Positions 1 to 9,389 of a stretch of DNA of 64,000 nt are shown here, in pieces. Under the pieces are notes generated by a model. It searched no databases. It worked only from the letters and a program-made list of their open reading frames with translations, and was not told where the DNA came from. Source of the stretch: Myxococcota bacterium (lineage in GTDB: Bacteria > Myxococcota_A > UBA9160 > UBA4427); NCBI GenBank assembly GCA_965250285.1, contig OZ252299.1, positions 4,480,001 to 4,544,000 on the forward strand. The letters are read 5' to 3'. How positions within the stretch are numbered: the stretch's first letter is position 1; each line of letters starts with the position of its first letter. Made by a program: the position numbers and the translations under genes.

Positions 1-417
1 GGCGATCCAAGCCCGGCGCTCATGCCGCTTGCGCGGATCCTTCACGACCGCGGCCGATCGACGAGCACCACCCTGACGACCCCTCTCCTGCTCTTCGCGA
101 GCCGGGTGTTCAGCTGGAGCGGCGCGCACGAAACCGCTGCACGCGTGGCGCGCGAGGGCATCGCGTGGGTCGAACGCACGGGGGAGCACATGGTCTCGGC
201 CGAGCTGTACCGGCAGCTCGGCCACGCCCTCGATCGAGGCGCTGCGCCCGAGGAGGCCGCCGCGGCCAGGCGGCGCGGCATCGAGCTCGCGCGCCGGCAA
301 GGTCACGTCGTCAGCGAAGCCCGAGGCCTGCGCGATCGCCAGCGGGCCGGCGTCGCCACGCCGACCGAGCTGACCCGCCTGCTCGAGCTCGAAGAGACGC
401 CTCCGGCAGAGACGTAG
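1..417 (+). CDS. C-terminal end of a STAND/AAA-ATPase-TPR signalling protein (adenylate cyclase/kinase-associated type), 5' part outside window
   Basis: Frame open from base 1. SAELYRQLG...GIELARRQG resembles the AELxRLxG...ALExARRQG tail of predicted ATPase/cyclase proteins. Confidence 0.55.
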   Translation, partial: GDPSPALMPLARILHDRGRSTSTTLTTPLLLFASRVFSWSGAHETAARVAREGIAWVERTGEHMVSAELYRQLGHALDRGAAPEEAAAARRRGIELARRQGHVVSEARGLRDRQRAGVATPTELTRLLELEETPPAET

Positions 418-596
418 ACGCGGCTCGCCGGGGTCCTCGCAGCGGCCGCGCAGCAAGGCGGCACTTCGAGCGCCGAAACACACGAACTGAAGAAACGCTG
501 AACCTTCCGGGCGGAGCGAGCGCCCTTTGGGACGAGAAAGCGCGGCATGCTGTTTCGGCGCGGGAACGGGTGGCACCGATCCCCAGGAGACTCGAA

Positions 597-2480
597 ATGG
601 CGCCCAGCGAAGCAGATCCCACCACCCCGGCGACGGCCGACTCTCGCCCCGCGTGGGGACGGGTCGTCGGGCTCGTCGTGGCGATCTTCGGGTTCGTCTG
701 CGCCAGCCCCTCCGTCGCGCAGGAGATCGTGCGCGCGTCCCCCGATGTGACGATCCCCATTGGCGCCGCAGCCGTGGTCACGCGCGACGATCAGGTCGCC
801 GTCGACGACCGTCTCGGCGCCGTCACGGCCGACGTACTCGTCGGCATCCCCGAGACCGCGGCGATCGCGGCCTTCTCTCGCGTCGGCGCGTCGTACGCCG
901 TGGCCTTCGAGACGCAGACCCAGCTGCCGGGCGGGCTCATCGCCGACCCGGCCGACGTCGTCGTCTACGATGCGCTCAACGCGGCCTACAAGATCTTCTT
1001 CGACGGCTCGGGCCTGCCGCTCGGCACCCGGGTCGATGCGGTCTCGTTCGCCGGAAGCGCGCTGCTTCTGTCGTTCGGCGAGCGCACGAACCTGGGATTC
1101 ATCGTCGACGACGAAGACGTCGTTCGCTGGGACGGGAGCTTCTATACGCTCGCCTTCGATGGCTCGGCGGCGGGCCTCGATCCGGCCGTCGACACCGACG
1201 CGGTTCAGATGCTCGGACCGAATACACTGCTGTTGAGCTTCGACATCACGGGCGCGGTGGGCGGCATCGTGTTTCGCGATGAAGACGTGATGCGCTTCGA
1301 AGACGGTGTATGGAGCCTCGAGTACCAGGCGGCGGCCAGCGAGCCGAGCTGGATCGCGGCCGACCTCGACGCCATGACCGTGCCCGAGCCAACGACGGGG
1401 CCGCTCTTCGTGGCCGGCTTCGCTTCGCTCGCGGCAATGGCCGCGCGCAGACGGCGGCGCCGGGGCCCCGTTGCTGTGACGTGCACGCTGGCGATCGCGG
1501 CGCTGACCCTGGGCCCCGCCACAGGGGCCGGCGCGAGCGAGGGACGCCTCGAAATCAACCACACCTGCGCCACGCAGACGGGCTGCGGCGCGGGCGACAC
1601 GCCGGGCTATCCGGTCACGATCACGAGCGCGAGTCGGCGCAGCATCGTGCTGACGAGCAACCTCGTCGTACCCGACGCATCGACGACCGCCATCGACATT
1701 CTGGTCAGCGACGTCACGGTCGACCTCGCAGGCTTCTCGATCCTGCGCAGCGGCTGCGAAGGCGCGACGGCGAGCTGCACGGATACGTCGGCGAGCAACG
1801 CCGGCATCCGCGCCATCGGCTCTCCCAGTCCGAGCATCGAGCTGTACGGCTTCCGGGTGTACGGCGGCAGCGCCATCGGCTTCAGCGACGGGGTCGTGCT
1901 CGGGTACGCATCCGAGATTTCGAACGTGCGCGCACGTTGGAACCGCTTCTCGGGCATCGGAACGATCGGGTACGGCGGCCTGCTCTTCGACAACACGACG
2001 CTCGAGAACCCCGAGTTCGGCGTCACTACCGGAACGTTCGGGCCCAGTGTCGCGATCGGCAATCGAACCCATCAGAACGGTGTCGGCCTCATCGGGACTG
2101 GCAGTGCCCTGGTGCTGGCCGACAACGTCGGGTTCGAGAACAGCGTCGGCGGCTTTTCGACGAGCACGTCGACCAGCGTATTCGTGTCGAATACGAGCTA
2201 CGGCAATGCGGGCAACGGGCTCACCGTCTCGCCCGGCGAAGCCGCGATCTTCGAAGTGAATACGGTCTACGACAACACAGACGGGATCTTCGGTGGCGAC
2301 GGCACCCTCGCGCGGGGCAACGTGGCGCGGAACAACTCGGGCATTGGCATCCGACTCGGCCCGGACGGTGGCTATCGCGAGAACGTCCTGACGAACAACG
2401 CGGGGGGCCAAGTGAGCTCGGGGATCAACCTCGGCGACAACGCCTGCTCGGGGCCATCGGGGGTGGCGCCATGTCCGTGA
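597..2480 (+). CDS. Secreted two-module protein: signal peptide, repeat domain, internal PEP-CTERM motif, second signal peptide, right-handed beta-helix domain
   Basis: AGGAG RBS at 585-589 before ATG 597. VPEP at 1380-1391 followed by a TM segment and R6 (1446-1463), then a hydrophobic stretch ending AGA|S (1535/1536). Asn/Gly-rich beta-helix repeats follow. Confidence 0.8.
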   Translation: MAPSEADPTTPATADSRPAWGRVVGLVVAIFGFVCASPSVAQEIVRASPDVTIPIGAAAVVTRDDQVAVDDRLGAVTADVLVGIPETAAIAAFSRVGASYAVAFETQTQLPGGLIADPADVVVYDALNAAYKIFFDGSGLPLGTRVDAVSFAGSALLLSFGERTNLGFIVDDEDVVRWDGSFYTLAFDGSAAGLDPAVDTDAVQMLGPNTLLLSFDITGAVGGIVFRDEDVMRFEDGVWSLEYQAAASEPSWIAADLDAMTVPEPTTGPLFVAGFASLAAMAARRRRRRGPVAVTCTLAIAALTLGPATGAGASEGRLEINHTCATQTGCGAGDTPGYPVTITSASRRSIVLTSNLVVPDASTTAIDILVSDVTVDLAGFSILRSGCEGATASCTDTSASNAGIRAIGSPSPSIELYGFRVYGGSAIGFSDGVVLGYASEISNVRARWNRFSGIGTIGYGGLLFDNTTLENPEFGVTTGTFGPSVAIGNRTHQNGVGLIGTGSALVLADNVGFENSVGGFSTSTSTSVFVSNTSYGNAGNGLTVSPGEAAIFEVNTVYDNTDGIFGGDGTLARGNVARNNSGIGIRLGPDGGYRENVLTNNAGGQVSSGINLGDNACSGPSGVAPCP

Positions 2481-3529
2481 GCCATCTCGAAGCGGCTCCG
2501 CGCGCCCGTTCTCCGTTCGGCCGACGGGGCGGGTATCGCGCCGCTCTGCTCGCCTTCGCCCTCTTCATGGCGGGCAGCGATCGTGCCTTCGCGAGCGACG
2601 GATTGGTCGAGCTCGACCAGCTGTGTGCCGTTCATTCGGGCTGCATGGCGGGCGACACGCCGGGCTTCCCGATCACAATCACCGGCGCAGGGGGCCGCAG
2701 CTTCATCCTGACGACCAACCTCATCGTGCCGGGCGGCGGGACCAATGCGATCTCGATCGACGCAACCGACGTCTCGATCGATCTGAACGAGCACACGATT
2801 CTGCGTTCGGAGTGCGTCGGCGCCACGACCGACTGCAGCAGCACCGCGTTCGGTGCGATCGCGATCGTACAGACAGCGCCGGCGGCAGCCGCTGGCGGTG
2901 CGACCGTCCGAGATGGGCGGATCCTGGGTTTCGGGCAAGGCCTGCTTCTCGGTCGGGGTGCGGAGGTTCGCAACGTCGTCACGCGATGGATTCGCGGCGC
3001 CGGCATCTCTTCGCGCGGTCACGGCACGCTCCTATTCAGCAACACCGTGGATCAGTGCTTCGGGAGCCTGCTCGCGAACAGCATCGATCCGGGCGGGGTG
3101 GCGATCGGCAATCGCGTTTCGGGCGGTGCGAGCTTTGGCTTCGCGGTGAACCAACCGGGCATCGTCGTCGTCGACAACGTCGCGCTCGAGAACGGCGCGG
3201 TCGGGCTCTTGGCCAGTGAAAGCGCAGTGATGGTCGACAACGTCGCCCAGGGGAACACGACGTACGGCCTGACCGCCGACGAAGGCTCGGTCGTCATTCG
3301 AAACACCGCCCATGACAACGACCAGGGGGGCCTGTTCGTACAGGGCGGCTCTCTGGTCCGAGGCAACGTCGCACGCAGCAGCTCGATCGGCCCGGGCATC
3401 ACGGCAGCCGCACCGACGGGCCAGGGGCATCTGGAGAACGTCTCGAGCAACAACGCCGGCGGCGACGTCGTGGGCCCGCGCGTCGACCTGGGTGCCAATG
3501 CATGTGGCGGAACACCCGGGTGCCCCTGA
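2471..3529 (+). CDS. Secreted right-handed parallel beta-helix repeat protein (paralog 2)
   Basis: Start ATG 2471 or GTG 2477, overlapping the upstream stop. Signal peptide ends AFA|SDG. Shares the ELxQxCA...GC.xGDTPGFPITI N-cap and C-terminal LGxNAC motif with its neighbours. Confidence 0.8.
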   Translation: MSVSHLEAAPRARSPFGRRGGYRAALLAFALFMAGSDRAFASDGLVELDQLCAVHSGCMAGDTPGFPITITGAGGRSFILTTNLIVPGGGTNAISIDATDVSIDLNEHTILRSECVGATTDCSSTAFGAIAIVQTAPAAAAGGATVRDGRILGFGQGLLLGRGAEVRNVVTRWIRGAGISSRGHGTLLFSNTVDQCFGSLLANSIDPGGVAIGNRVSGGASFGFAVNQPGIVVVDNVALENGAVGLLASESAVMVDNVAQGNTTYGLTADEGSVVIRNTAHDNDQGGLFVQGGSLVRGNVARSSSIGPGITAAAPTGQGHLENVSSNNAGGDVVGPRVDLGANACGGTPGCP

Positions 3530-3647
3530 CACAGCGCCCACCCCGACGGAAAGGGGTCACGCCGATCCGCCGAACGAAACGACGCGCAGAAGCGAAGAGC
3601 AGCGAGACGAGACGCAGCGAAGAGCGTGCCCGAAGGAGAAGCCGAAG

Positions 3648-4655
3648 ATGACGCAGAACCGCACCCGACCCACCTCGCTCGCGGCGGCCCTGGCCGCCGC
3701 GAGCCTCGGCGTCGCACTGTACGCGCCGTCGGCGGCGGCGCTCGACGGTCGCTTCGAGCTGAATCAGCTGTGCGCGACCGTCACCGGCTGCATTCAGGGC
3801 GACACGCCCGGCTTTCCCATCACGCTGACGGTGGCGGCAACGGCTGGCTACGTCTTGACGAGCGAACTCGTCGTCCCCGACGCGAATACCTCGGCGATCG
3901 TGATCTCGGCGAACGACGTGCACATCGACCTGAACGGGTTTCGCATCGTTCGCAGCGGGTGCGAGAACGCCGTCGCCACGTGTGAAGCCGCGAGCGGATC
4001 GGGCGATGGCATCGGCGTCGACGACTTCTCGCTTCGACGCGGAACGAGCGTGACGAACGGCAACGTCGTCGGGATGGGCCGATACGGACTGCTCCTGGGC
4101 CCGCAGGCCCATGTGACGCACATTCAGGCGCGTTGGAATCGTCTCGAGGGCATCGCCGTGAACGAGAGCGGGCGCGTGCATCGCGTTCGCTCGATCGAGA
4201 ATGGAGGCGCGGGGATCTCGGTCGCCAGCGGCTCGACGGTGTCGGAAAGTGCAGCCGTCGGAAACGGCGGCGCCGGCATCTTCACCGCGACGGGATGCCA
4301 CGTCGTCCGCAACGTCGCCTGGGACAATGACGCTCAGGGCATCCGCAGTACGACCGGCTCGGTGATCCGACACAACGCCGTCGGCGACAACGGCAACATC
4401 GCGGGCATCCAGGCCGCCGCTTCCACCGTGGCGGGCAACGCCGTTGCGAACCAATCGGGCGGGCCGGGCATTCTCGCGACGACCGGCTCGATGGTCGAGT
4501 CGAATGCGATCACCGATACGGCCCTCGGCAGCGAAGGGCTCTCGCTCGGAGACGCGGGCTACCGTGGCAACGTGCTGACCGACAACCCCACTGGCCATGT
4601 CACGGGCGGAATCAACCTGGGCGCGAACGCCTGCGACGGAGTGCTCTGCCCCTAG
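3648..4655 (+). CDS. Secreted right-handed parallel beta-helix repeat protein (paralog 3)
   Basis: AAGGAG RBS at 3633-3638. Signal peptide ends AAA|LDG. ELNQLCATVTGCIQGDTPGFPITL, NxxxG repeats, ends INLGANACDGVLCP. Confidence 0.85.
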   Translation: MTQNRTRPTSLAAALAAASLGVALYAPSAAALDGRFELNQLCATVTGCIQGDTPGFPITLTVAATAGYVLTSELVVPDANTSAIVISANDVHIDLNGFRIVRSGCENAVATCEAASGSGDGIGVDDFSLRRGTSVTNGNVVGMGRYGLLLGPQAHVTHIQARWNRLEGIAVNESGRVHRVRSIENGGAGISVASGSTVSESAAVGNGGAGIFTATGCHVVRNVAWDNDAQGIRSTTGSVIRHNAVGDNGNIAGIQAAASTVAGNAVANQSGGPGILATTGSMVESNAITDTALGSEGLSLGDAGYRGNVLTDNPTGHVTGGINLGANACDGVLCP

Positions 4656-4705
4656 CGATCGGCGCCGTTCCGCGTCGAGTCCCGTGCCGCGGCGGCGCCC
4701 CGGCG

Positions 4706-5578
4706 CTAGTCCGCCTTCTCGAAGAGCAGCGTCGCCCGGTCGCTCTCGCCGATGGCGGTGTACTTGTCCTTGTCGACCTCGCCGAGCGCGAACGACGGCG
4801 GCAACGTCCAGACGCCGGCCTCGTGATCGGCCGGATCTTTCGGGTTGGCGTTGATCTCGCTCTGATCGACCAGGCGGAAGCCGTTCAGCTCCATGAGCGC
4901 GATGACGTCGGCCTCACGCAGATAGCCCTTGTTGCCGTCGGCATAGCTGTAGGGAGCATCGGGCTTTGCCCGGTGCTGCACGACGCCCACCATGCCGTCG
5001 TCCTTGAGCATGAGCCGCAGCGCCCGCAGCTCCTGATCGGCGATGTCCCAGCGGATCAGGTTGTGGAGCATGCGCGGGATCAGAATGCGGTCGACGGTGC
5101 CATTGGCCTCGTCGGGGATCGCGTTGCCGAAGTAGCCCGTCACGTTGTCGGCCGACACGCCCGACATGGCCTCGACACGGTCGGGGAACGTCTCGTCCCA
5201 CGTCTCGAGCGCCTTCTGAACCCGCTCGATCGGCGTGTCGTCGCCGGCGAACACCACGCCGATGTACTGGCCTTCGTCGGCCACGTACGGCGCCAGGATG
5301 CGCGTGTACCAGCCGCCGCCCGGTGCGTACTCGACGACCGTGTGCGTGGGCTGCACGTCGAAGAAGCGCAGCGTCTCGTTCGGGTGCCGGTAGGCGTCCC
5401 TCGCCCGGTCGTCGTCGCGGCGCTCGTGCGCGAGCACATCGTTGAGATGCTTGAAGTCTCCGCTCGCCGCGCGTTCGGGCCGCGGGGGCTCGGTCGTTTC
5501 GGTCGGCTTCGTCTCGAACAGGGCGCAGCCCATCGAGGTGGCCAGGGCAGCAACCAGGGTGAGCATGGCGAGTCGCAT
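4706..5578 (-). CDS. Class I SAM-dependent methyltransferase-like lipoprotein (COG4798 type)
   Basis: Lipobox SMGC. RDAYRHPNETLRFF, VVEYAPGGGWYT, SEINANPKD, VWTLPP and IGESDR motifs. Confidence 0.85.
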   Translation of the reverse strand: MRLAMLTLVAALATSMGCALFETKPTETTEPPRPERAASGDFKHLNDVLAHERRDDDRARDAYRHPNETLRFFDVQPTHTVVEYAPGGGWYTRILAPYVADEGQYIGVVFAGDDTPIERVQKALETWDETFPDRVEAMSGVSADNVTGYFGNAIPDEANGTVDRILIPRMLHNLIRWDIADQELRALRLMLKDDGMVGVVQHRAKPDAPYSYADGNKGYLREADVIALMELNGFRLVDQSEINANPKDPADHEAGVWTLPPSFALGEVDKDKYTAIGESDRATLLFEKAD

Positions 5579-5682
5579 CGGAGGATCCTCTCGTCTTCGG
5601 AAGGCGACGTTCGTCGCCGGTGGGCGCGTCCGCCGGGGCGGAATGGCGAGCTGCAGGCCGGAGCAGGCCCACGGCCCGCCCG

Positions 5683-6126
5683 ATGCTAGGGACACGAAAC
5701 GGCCCGGGCGAGACCCTGGTTCAGATCAGCGACGGCGAGACCGTCGACGTGCTCGATCCGTTCGCCACGGGCGTGTCGCCCTCGGACGAGTTCTCTGCGA
5801 TCGACCTCACCGTCCGCTTCGACGAGAACGACACCGGCGGGCTGCAGGCTCGAGTCGGCGCTTCTACGGCTTCGACTTTCGCAGTGATCTCGCGTGCTGG
5901 ACCGGCAGCAGCAGCCCCGACTGCCATCGCACCCGATGCCTCGGGCGCCCTGTTTCGCGACACCCTCTTCCTCAGCGACGGCGCGGCGTGCGATGCGCAG
6001 CTGACCTGGGCGCTCCTCCTCGACCGAGACCGGCGGCGGCGATCCCGCTCGGGCGAACGGGGCGGTCGAAACGTGCTTCGCAAGAGCGCAGCGGGCTCGA
6101 ATGGGGCCGCTGAGTTCGCGCGGTGA
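5683..6126 (+). pseudogene. Possible remnant of a surface protein
   Basis: Coding-like acidic stretch (LVQISDGETVDVLDPF...DLTVRFDEND) ending in WALLL-DRDRRRR, with no signal peptide or clear RBS. Confidence 0.25.
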
Positions 6127-6139
6127 CGCCGTCCCCCAC

Positions 6140-6192
6140 CTATTCCTAATTGGACATAATCTGTTTCTCATATCGTCTATTTTCAATTCCAC
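6140..6192. promoter_or_regulatory. AT-rich promoter/operator region of the hemerythrin-GST operon
   Basis: Sharp AT-rich island (CTATTCCTAATTGGACATAATCTGTTTCTCATATCGTCTATTTTCAATT) in a GC-rich background just upstream of ATG 6249. Confidence 0.5.
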
Positions 6193-6248
6193 CGACATGC
6201 CGAATCTTCCCCGTCGAGCCCCAACCACCCACCGACGGAGGGGACGAC

Positions 6249-6833
6249 ATGTTCACGCCGATGACGAAGCGCGAGTGGCAGGCCCACCCCCGCTTCCCCT
6301 CACAGACGCTCCTGCTCGGCTCGCACGAGAACTTTCGCCAGGTGTCGGAGGTGCTCGTGGCCGAAGCCGAGGGCGGCGGCTTCGTGCGACCGATCGACCG
6401 GCTGTACCGACGCTGGATCGGGGCCATGCGCAGCCATGAAGCCTACGAAGAGGGGAAGCTCTACCCCTACCTCGAGCGTCGGTTTGCCACCTCGTTCGAG
6501 GCCGCCGAAGCCGGGCATCGGGCCCTGCACGCCGCTCATGACGGCGTCGTGAAGGCGCTCGCCGAGGCCCAGGGCGGCGACGATCCCCGGGCCACCGACG
6601 CGCTGCACCAGGCCCTCGCTCGACACGACGGCGTGCTGGGCACGCATCTCGACGTCGAGGAAGAGCTCGTGATCCCGATGCTGCTCGCGCTGTCGCCCGA
6701 CGAGTTCGTCGAGTACTGCGACACCCCGATCGACCAGCTGATGCTGCGCCTCGATGCGCGCTCGATCGAGGCCATGCGAAGCGAAACGCACGAAGAGACT
6801 CGAGAGGAGGCGAACGATGGGCCGGCTGGTTGA
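6249..6833 (+). CDS. Hemerythrin (HHE) domain protein
   Basis: GGAGG RBS. HENFR, HEAYEEGKLYP, GHRALH and HLDVEEELVIP metal-ligand motifs. Confidence 0.8.
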   Translation: MFTPMTKREWQAHPRFPSQTLLLGSHENFRQVSEVLVAEAEGGGFVRPIDRLYRRWIGAMRSHEAYEEGKLYPYLERRFATSFEAAEAGHRALHAAHDGVVKALAEAQGGDDPRATDALHQALARHDGVLGTHLDVEEELVIPMLLALSPDEFVEYCDTPIDQLMLRLDARSIEAMRSETHEETREEANDGPAG

Positions 6834-7779
6834 CGGTGTCTGGAACGGCGAAGAAGAGCAGACGCGCATCGCTGAAGATGGAGCGTTCGTGCGAGGTGTG
6901 ACTTCGTTCCGGGGCCGCGTGTCGCGTGACCCCGGGGCGGAGTTCGCCGCCGAAGCCGGTCGCTACCACCTCTTCGTTGCGCACAACTGCCCCTGGGCCC
7001 ACCGTGCCGTCATCGTGCGCAACCTGAAGCAGCTGCAAGACACGATCGGTATGAGCGTCGCGAACACGCTCCGCAACGACGACGGCTGGTGGTACGCCGA
7101 AGGGCTCGACGACCATCAGCCCGTCGGCGGCCAGCTGCCCCTGCATCGTTTCTACTCGGCCGCCCGCGAGGCCTACACCGGCAGCGCCACCGTGCCGGTG
7201 CTGTGGGATCGCCGGCTCGGCACGATCGTGAACAACGAGTCGGCCGAGATCATCGAGATGCTGAACTCGGCGTTCGACGCCTTCGGTGACGCATCGGTCG
7301 ACCTCTATCCCGAGCCGCTGCGCGAAGGCATCGATGCGATCAACGAGCGGGTCTACGCCACCGTCAACAACGGCGTCTACAAGTGCGGCTTCGCGCGCAC
7401 GCAGGCCGCCTACGACGCGGCGGTGGTCCCACTCTTCGAGACGCTCGACGACATCGAGCAGACGCTCGCTCACGAGCGCTATCTCGTCGGTGACACGATG
7501 ACCCTCGCCGACGTGCGCCTCTTCACCACGCTCGCGCGCTTCGACGCCGTCTACTTCGGCCACTTCAAGTGCAACGTTCGGCGGATCGTCGACTACCCGA
7601 ATCTCTGGGCCTACACCCGTGATCTCTATCAGACGCCCGGGATCGGCGAGACGGTCCAGATCGACGTCTACAAGAAGGGCTACTACGGGCGCAGCCCGGG
7701 CATCAACCCGCGCGGGATCATCCCCTACGGCCCCGACCTCGACTTCGAGGCGCCGCACGGTCGCGCGGCGCTCTCTTGA
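6817..7779 (+). CDS. yqjG: Glutathionyl-hydroquinone reductase (GST omega/Xi class, YqjG-like)
   Basis: MGRLVDGVW start. CPWAHR, TVPVLWD, IVNNES, NNGVYKCGFA and RFDAVYFGHFKCN motifs. Confidence 0.9.
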   Translation: MGRLVDGVWNGEEEQTRIAEDGAFVRGVTSFRGRVSRDPGAEFAAEAGRYHLFVAHNCPWAHRAVIVRNLKQLQDTIGMSVANTLRNDDGWWYAEGLDDHQPVGGQLPLHRFYSAAREAYTGSATVPVLWDRRLGTIVNNESAEIIEMLNSAFDAFGDASVDLYPEPLREGIDAINERVYATVNNGVYKCGFARTQAAYDAAVVPLFETLDDIEQTLAHERYLVGDTMTLADVRLFTTLARFDAVYFGHFKCNVRRIVDYPNLWAYTRDLYQTPGIGETVQIDVYKKGYYGRSPGINPRGIIPYGPDLDFEAPHGRAALS

Positions 7780-7830
7780 GCACACCGCTCACTTCTTCAC
7801 CCCAATGACGAACCACCGAGGAGAACGACG

Positions 7831-8175
7831 ATGGACAATCGAGCAAACGTGCAGGCTGTGATCGACGGCATTCTGAAGGGCGAGATCCTGGAAACCTTCG
7901 ATCGCTACTACGCCGACGGCGTGATCATGAGCGAGAACGGCGTCGATGAGCGCGTCGGCAAGAGTGCGTGCCGCGCATACGAGGAGGCGTTCGTGAACGG
8001 CGTGACCTTCCACGGTGCCGAGGTCGGCGAGGTGCTGGTCGACGGCGACCGATCGGTCGTCGAGTGGGTCTTCGACCTGACGCCGAACGGCGGCGACCGC
8101 ACGTTCCAGAAGCAGGCGGCGGTGCAGACGTGGCGCGACGGCCAGATCGTTCGCGAGGTGTTCTACCACGGCTAG
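7831..8175 (+). CDS. SnoaL-like/NTF2 family protein
   Basis: GAGGAG RBS. DRYYADGVIMSEN...VQTWRDGQIVREVFYH. Confidence 0.85.
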   Translation: MDNRANVQAVIDGILKGEILETFDRYYADGVIMSENGVDERVGKSACRAYEEAFVNGVTFHGAEVGEVLVDGDRSVVEWVFDLTPNGGDRTFQKQAAVQTWRDGQIVREVFYHG

Positions 8176-8291
8176 CCTGGGCGTTGCGCGTCGAGCGACC
8201 CCCGGCTCGCCCGACCAAGCGACCGCAGTCTGCCAAGCCGAAGAGACCTTGCCTGGCTGCGGTCGCAGCGCGAGCCCGACTTGACCCAGTC

Positions 8292-8702
8292 TCAGTCGGG
8301 CCATTCCATGACCACCGAATCGGCCGAACGCACGGGCGTTCCATCCATCACGGCTTCGATGTTGTTGCCATCGGGGTCGAGGACGAACGCCGCGTAGTAG
8401 CCGGGCTTGTAGGGTCGGGGCCCCGGGGCTCCGTTGTCACGACCCCCTGCGCCGATCGCCGATCGGTGGAACGCGCGCACGGTGGCGTGATCGCGCGCCT
8501 GAAAGGCGATGTGCAAACCCGTGCTCGCCGGGGCACCGGGACCGAACGAGAACTCGTCGATCTGCACGTAGTCGCCGCGATCGTCGAAGGCGACGTCCAG
8601 CGCCTCGAAGACGGCGCGGTAGAAGCGCTTCGACGCTTCGAAGTCGCGAACGTGAATGTGAACGTGATCGAAGAGGCGTCCGAAGTGAAAGCGCTTCGAC
8701 AT
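8292..8702 (-). CDS. VOC/glyoxalase family protein
   Basis: DHVHIHVRDFEASKRFY, HIAFQA, DNGAPGPR, YYAAFVLDPDGNNIEAV. Confidence 0.9.
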   Translation of the reverse strand: MSKRFHFGRLFDHVHIHVRDFEASKRFYRAVFEALDVAFDDRGDYVQIDEFSFGPGAPASTGLHIAFQARDHATVRAFHRSAIGAGGRDNGAPGPRPYKPGYYAAFVLDPDGNNIEAVMDGTPVRSADSVVMEWPD

Positions 8703-8830
8703 CGGTTCGCTCCTTTTCGCGTGTCGCGCTGCGAGCGTAGCCCCGCATGCGGTCGGCCGACCACGCGCCCGCTGCATCCCATGTGGCGAACGCGTTCGAC
8801 ATGCTTTCGCGAGCGCGCGACCATCAGCGG

Positions 8831-9253
8831 ATGGACACCTTCTCCCTGACCCCTCAGGCCATCGACGAGGCCGTGCGCCAGTCGTGGACCGATCGACCGA
8901 ATCGCTGCCTCGAGATCTCGCCGACGCATGCGCTCGCCGTGCAGGAGATCGACCCTGATCGGCTGCGCCCCGGCGCGCTCGTGCCGGGGCCGACGCTCTT
9001 CGCTCTGGCCGATCTGGTGCTCTGGTACCTCACGTTCGGCGCGATCGATCGCATCGAACCCATGGCCCTCACGTCCGACCTGTCGATTCGCTTCCTGCGC
9101 CCGGCCCAGGGCGAGAAGGCCTACGCCCGAGCAGACCTGGAGAAAGCCGGGCGCCTGATGGTGATCGGGACGGTGAGGATCTGGATGGACGACGAGCCCG
9201 ACCGCCTCGTGGCGACCGCGCAGGGCACCTACGTCTTGCCACGGGAGTCGTAG
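8831..9253 (+). CDS. PaaI family hot-dog thioesterase
   Basis: LRPGALVPGPTLFALAD, TSDLSIRFLRPA, VATAQGTYV. Confidence 0.85.
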   Translation: MDTFSLTPQAIDEAVRQSWTDRPNRCLEISPTHALAVQEIDPDRLRPGALVPGPTLFALADLVLWYLTFGAIDRIEPMALTSDLSIRFLRPAQGEKAYARADLEKAGRLMVIGTVRIWMDDEPDRLVATAQGTYVLPRES

Positions 9254-9389
9254 CCCGACACCAACCCGTGTGCGGCCGGAGGCGTGCCTCGAATCAGACC
9301 TCGACGACACCGTGCTCGAGGCCGCCTACTCCAGCATCGAACCGAAGCGCCGCAACCGAGCGCTCGTGCGCCGACACGAAGAGGATCGC

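Noticed and set aside
540..590. Sigma54 promoter before the PEP-CTERM gene
   Set aside because: TGGCAC and CGGCAT are present, but there is no correctly spaced TTGC.
165..596. N-terminal extension of the 771-aa ORF
   Set aside because: It overlaps the upstream gene and is Arg/Ala-rich shadow sequence. The RBS and signal peptide point to ATG 597.
3535..3565. c-di-GMP riboswitch-like hairpin (CCCCGACGGAAAGGGG), with a similar one near 63305-63330
   Set aside because: Other conserved riboswitch elements were not found, and short GC hairpins are expected by chance.
8773..8800. Additional ECF promoter TGCATCC upstream of the thioesterase
   Set aside because: There is no CGAA at the 16-nt spacing.
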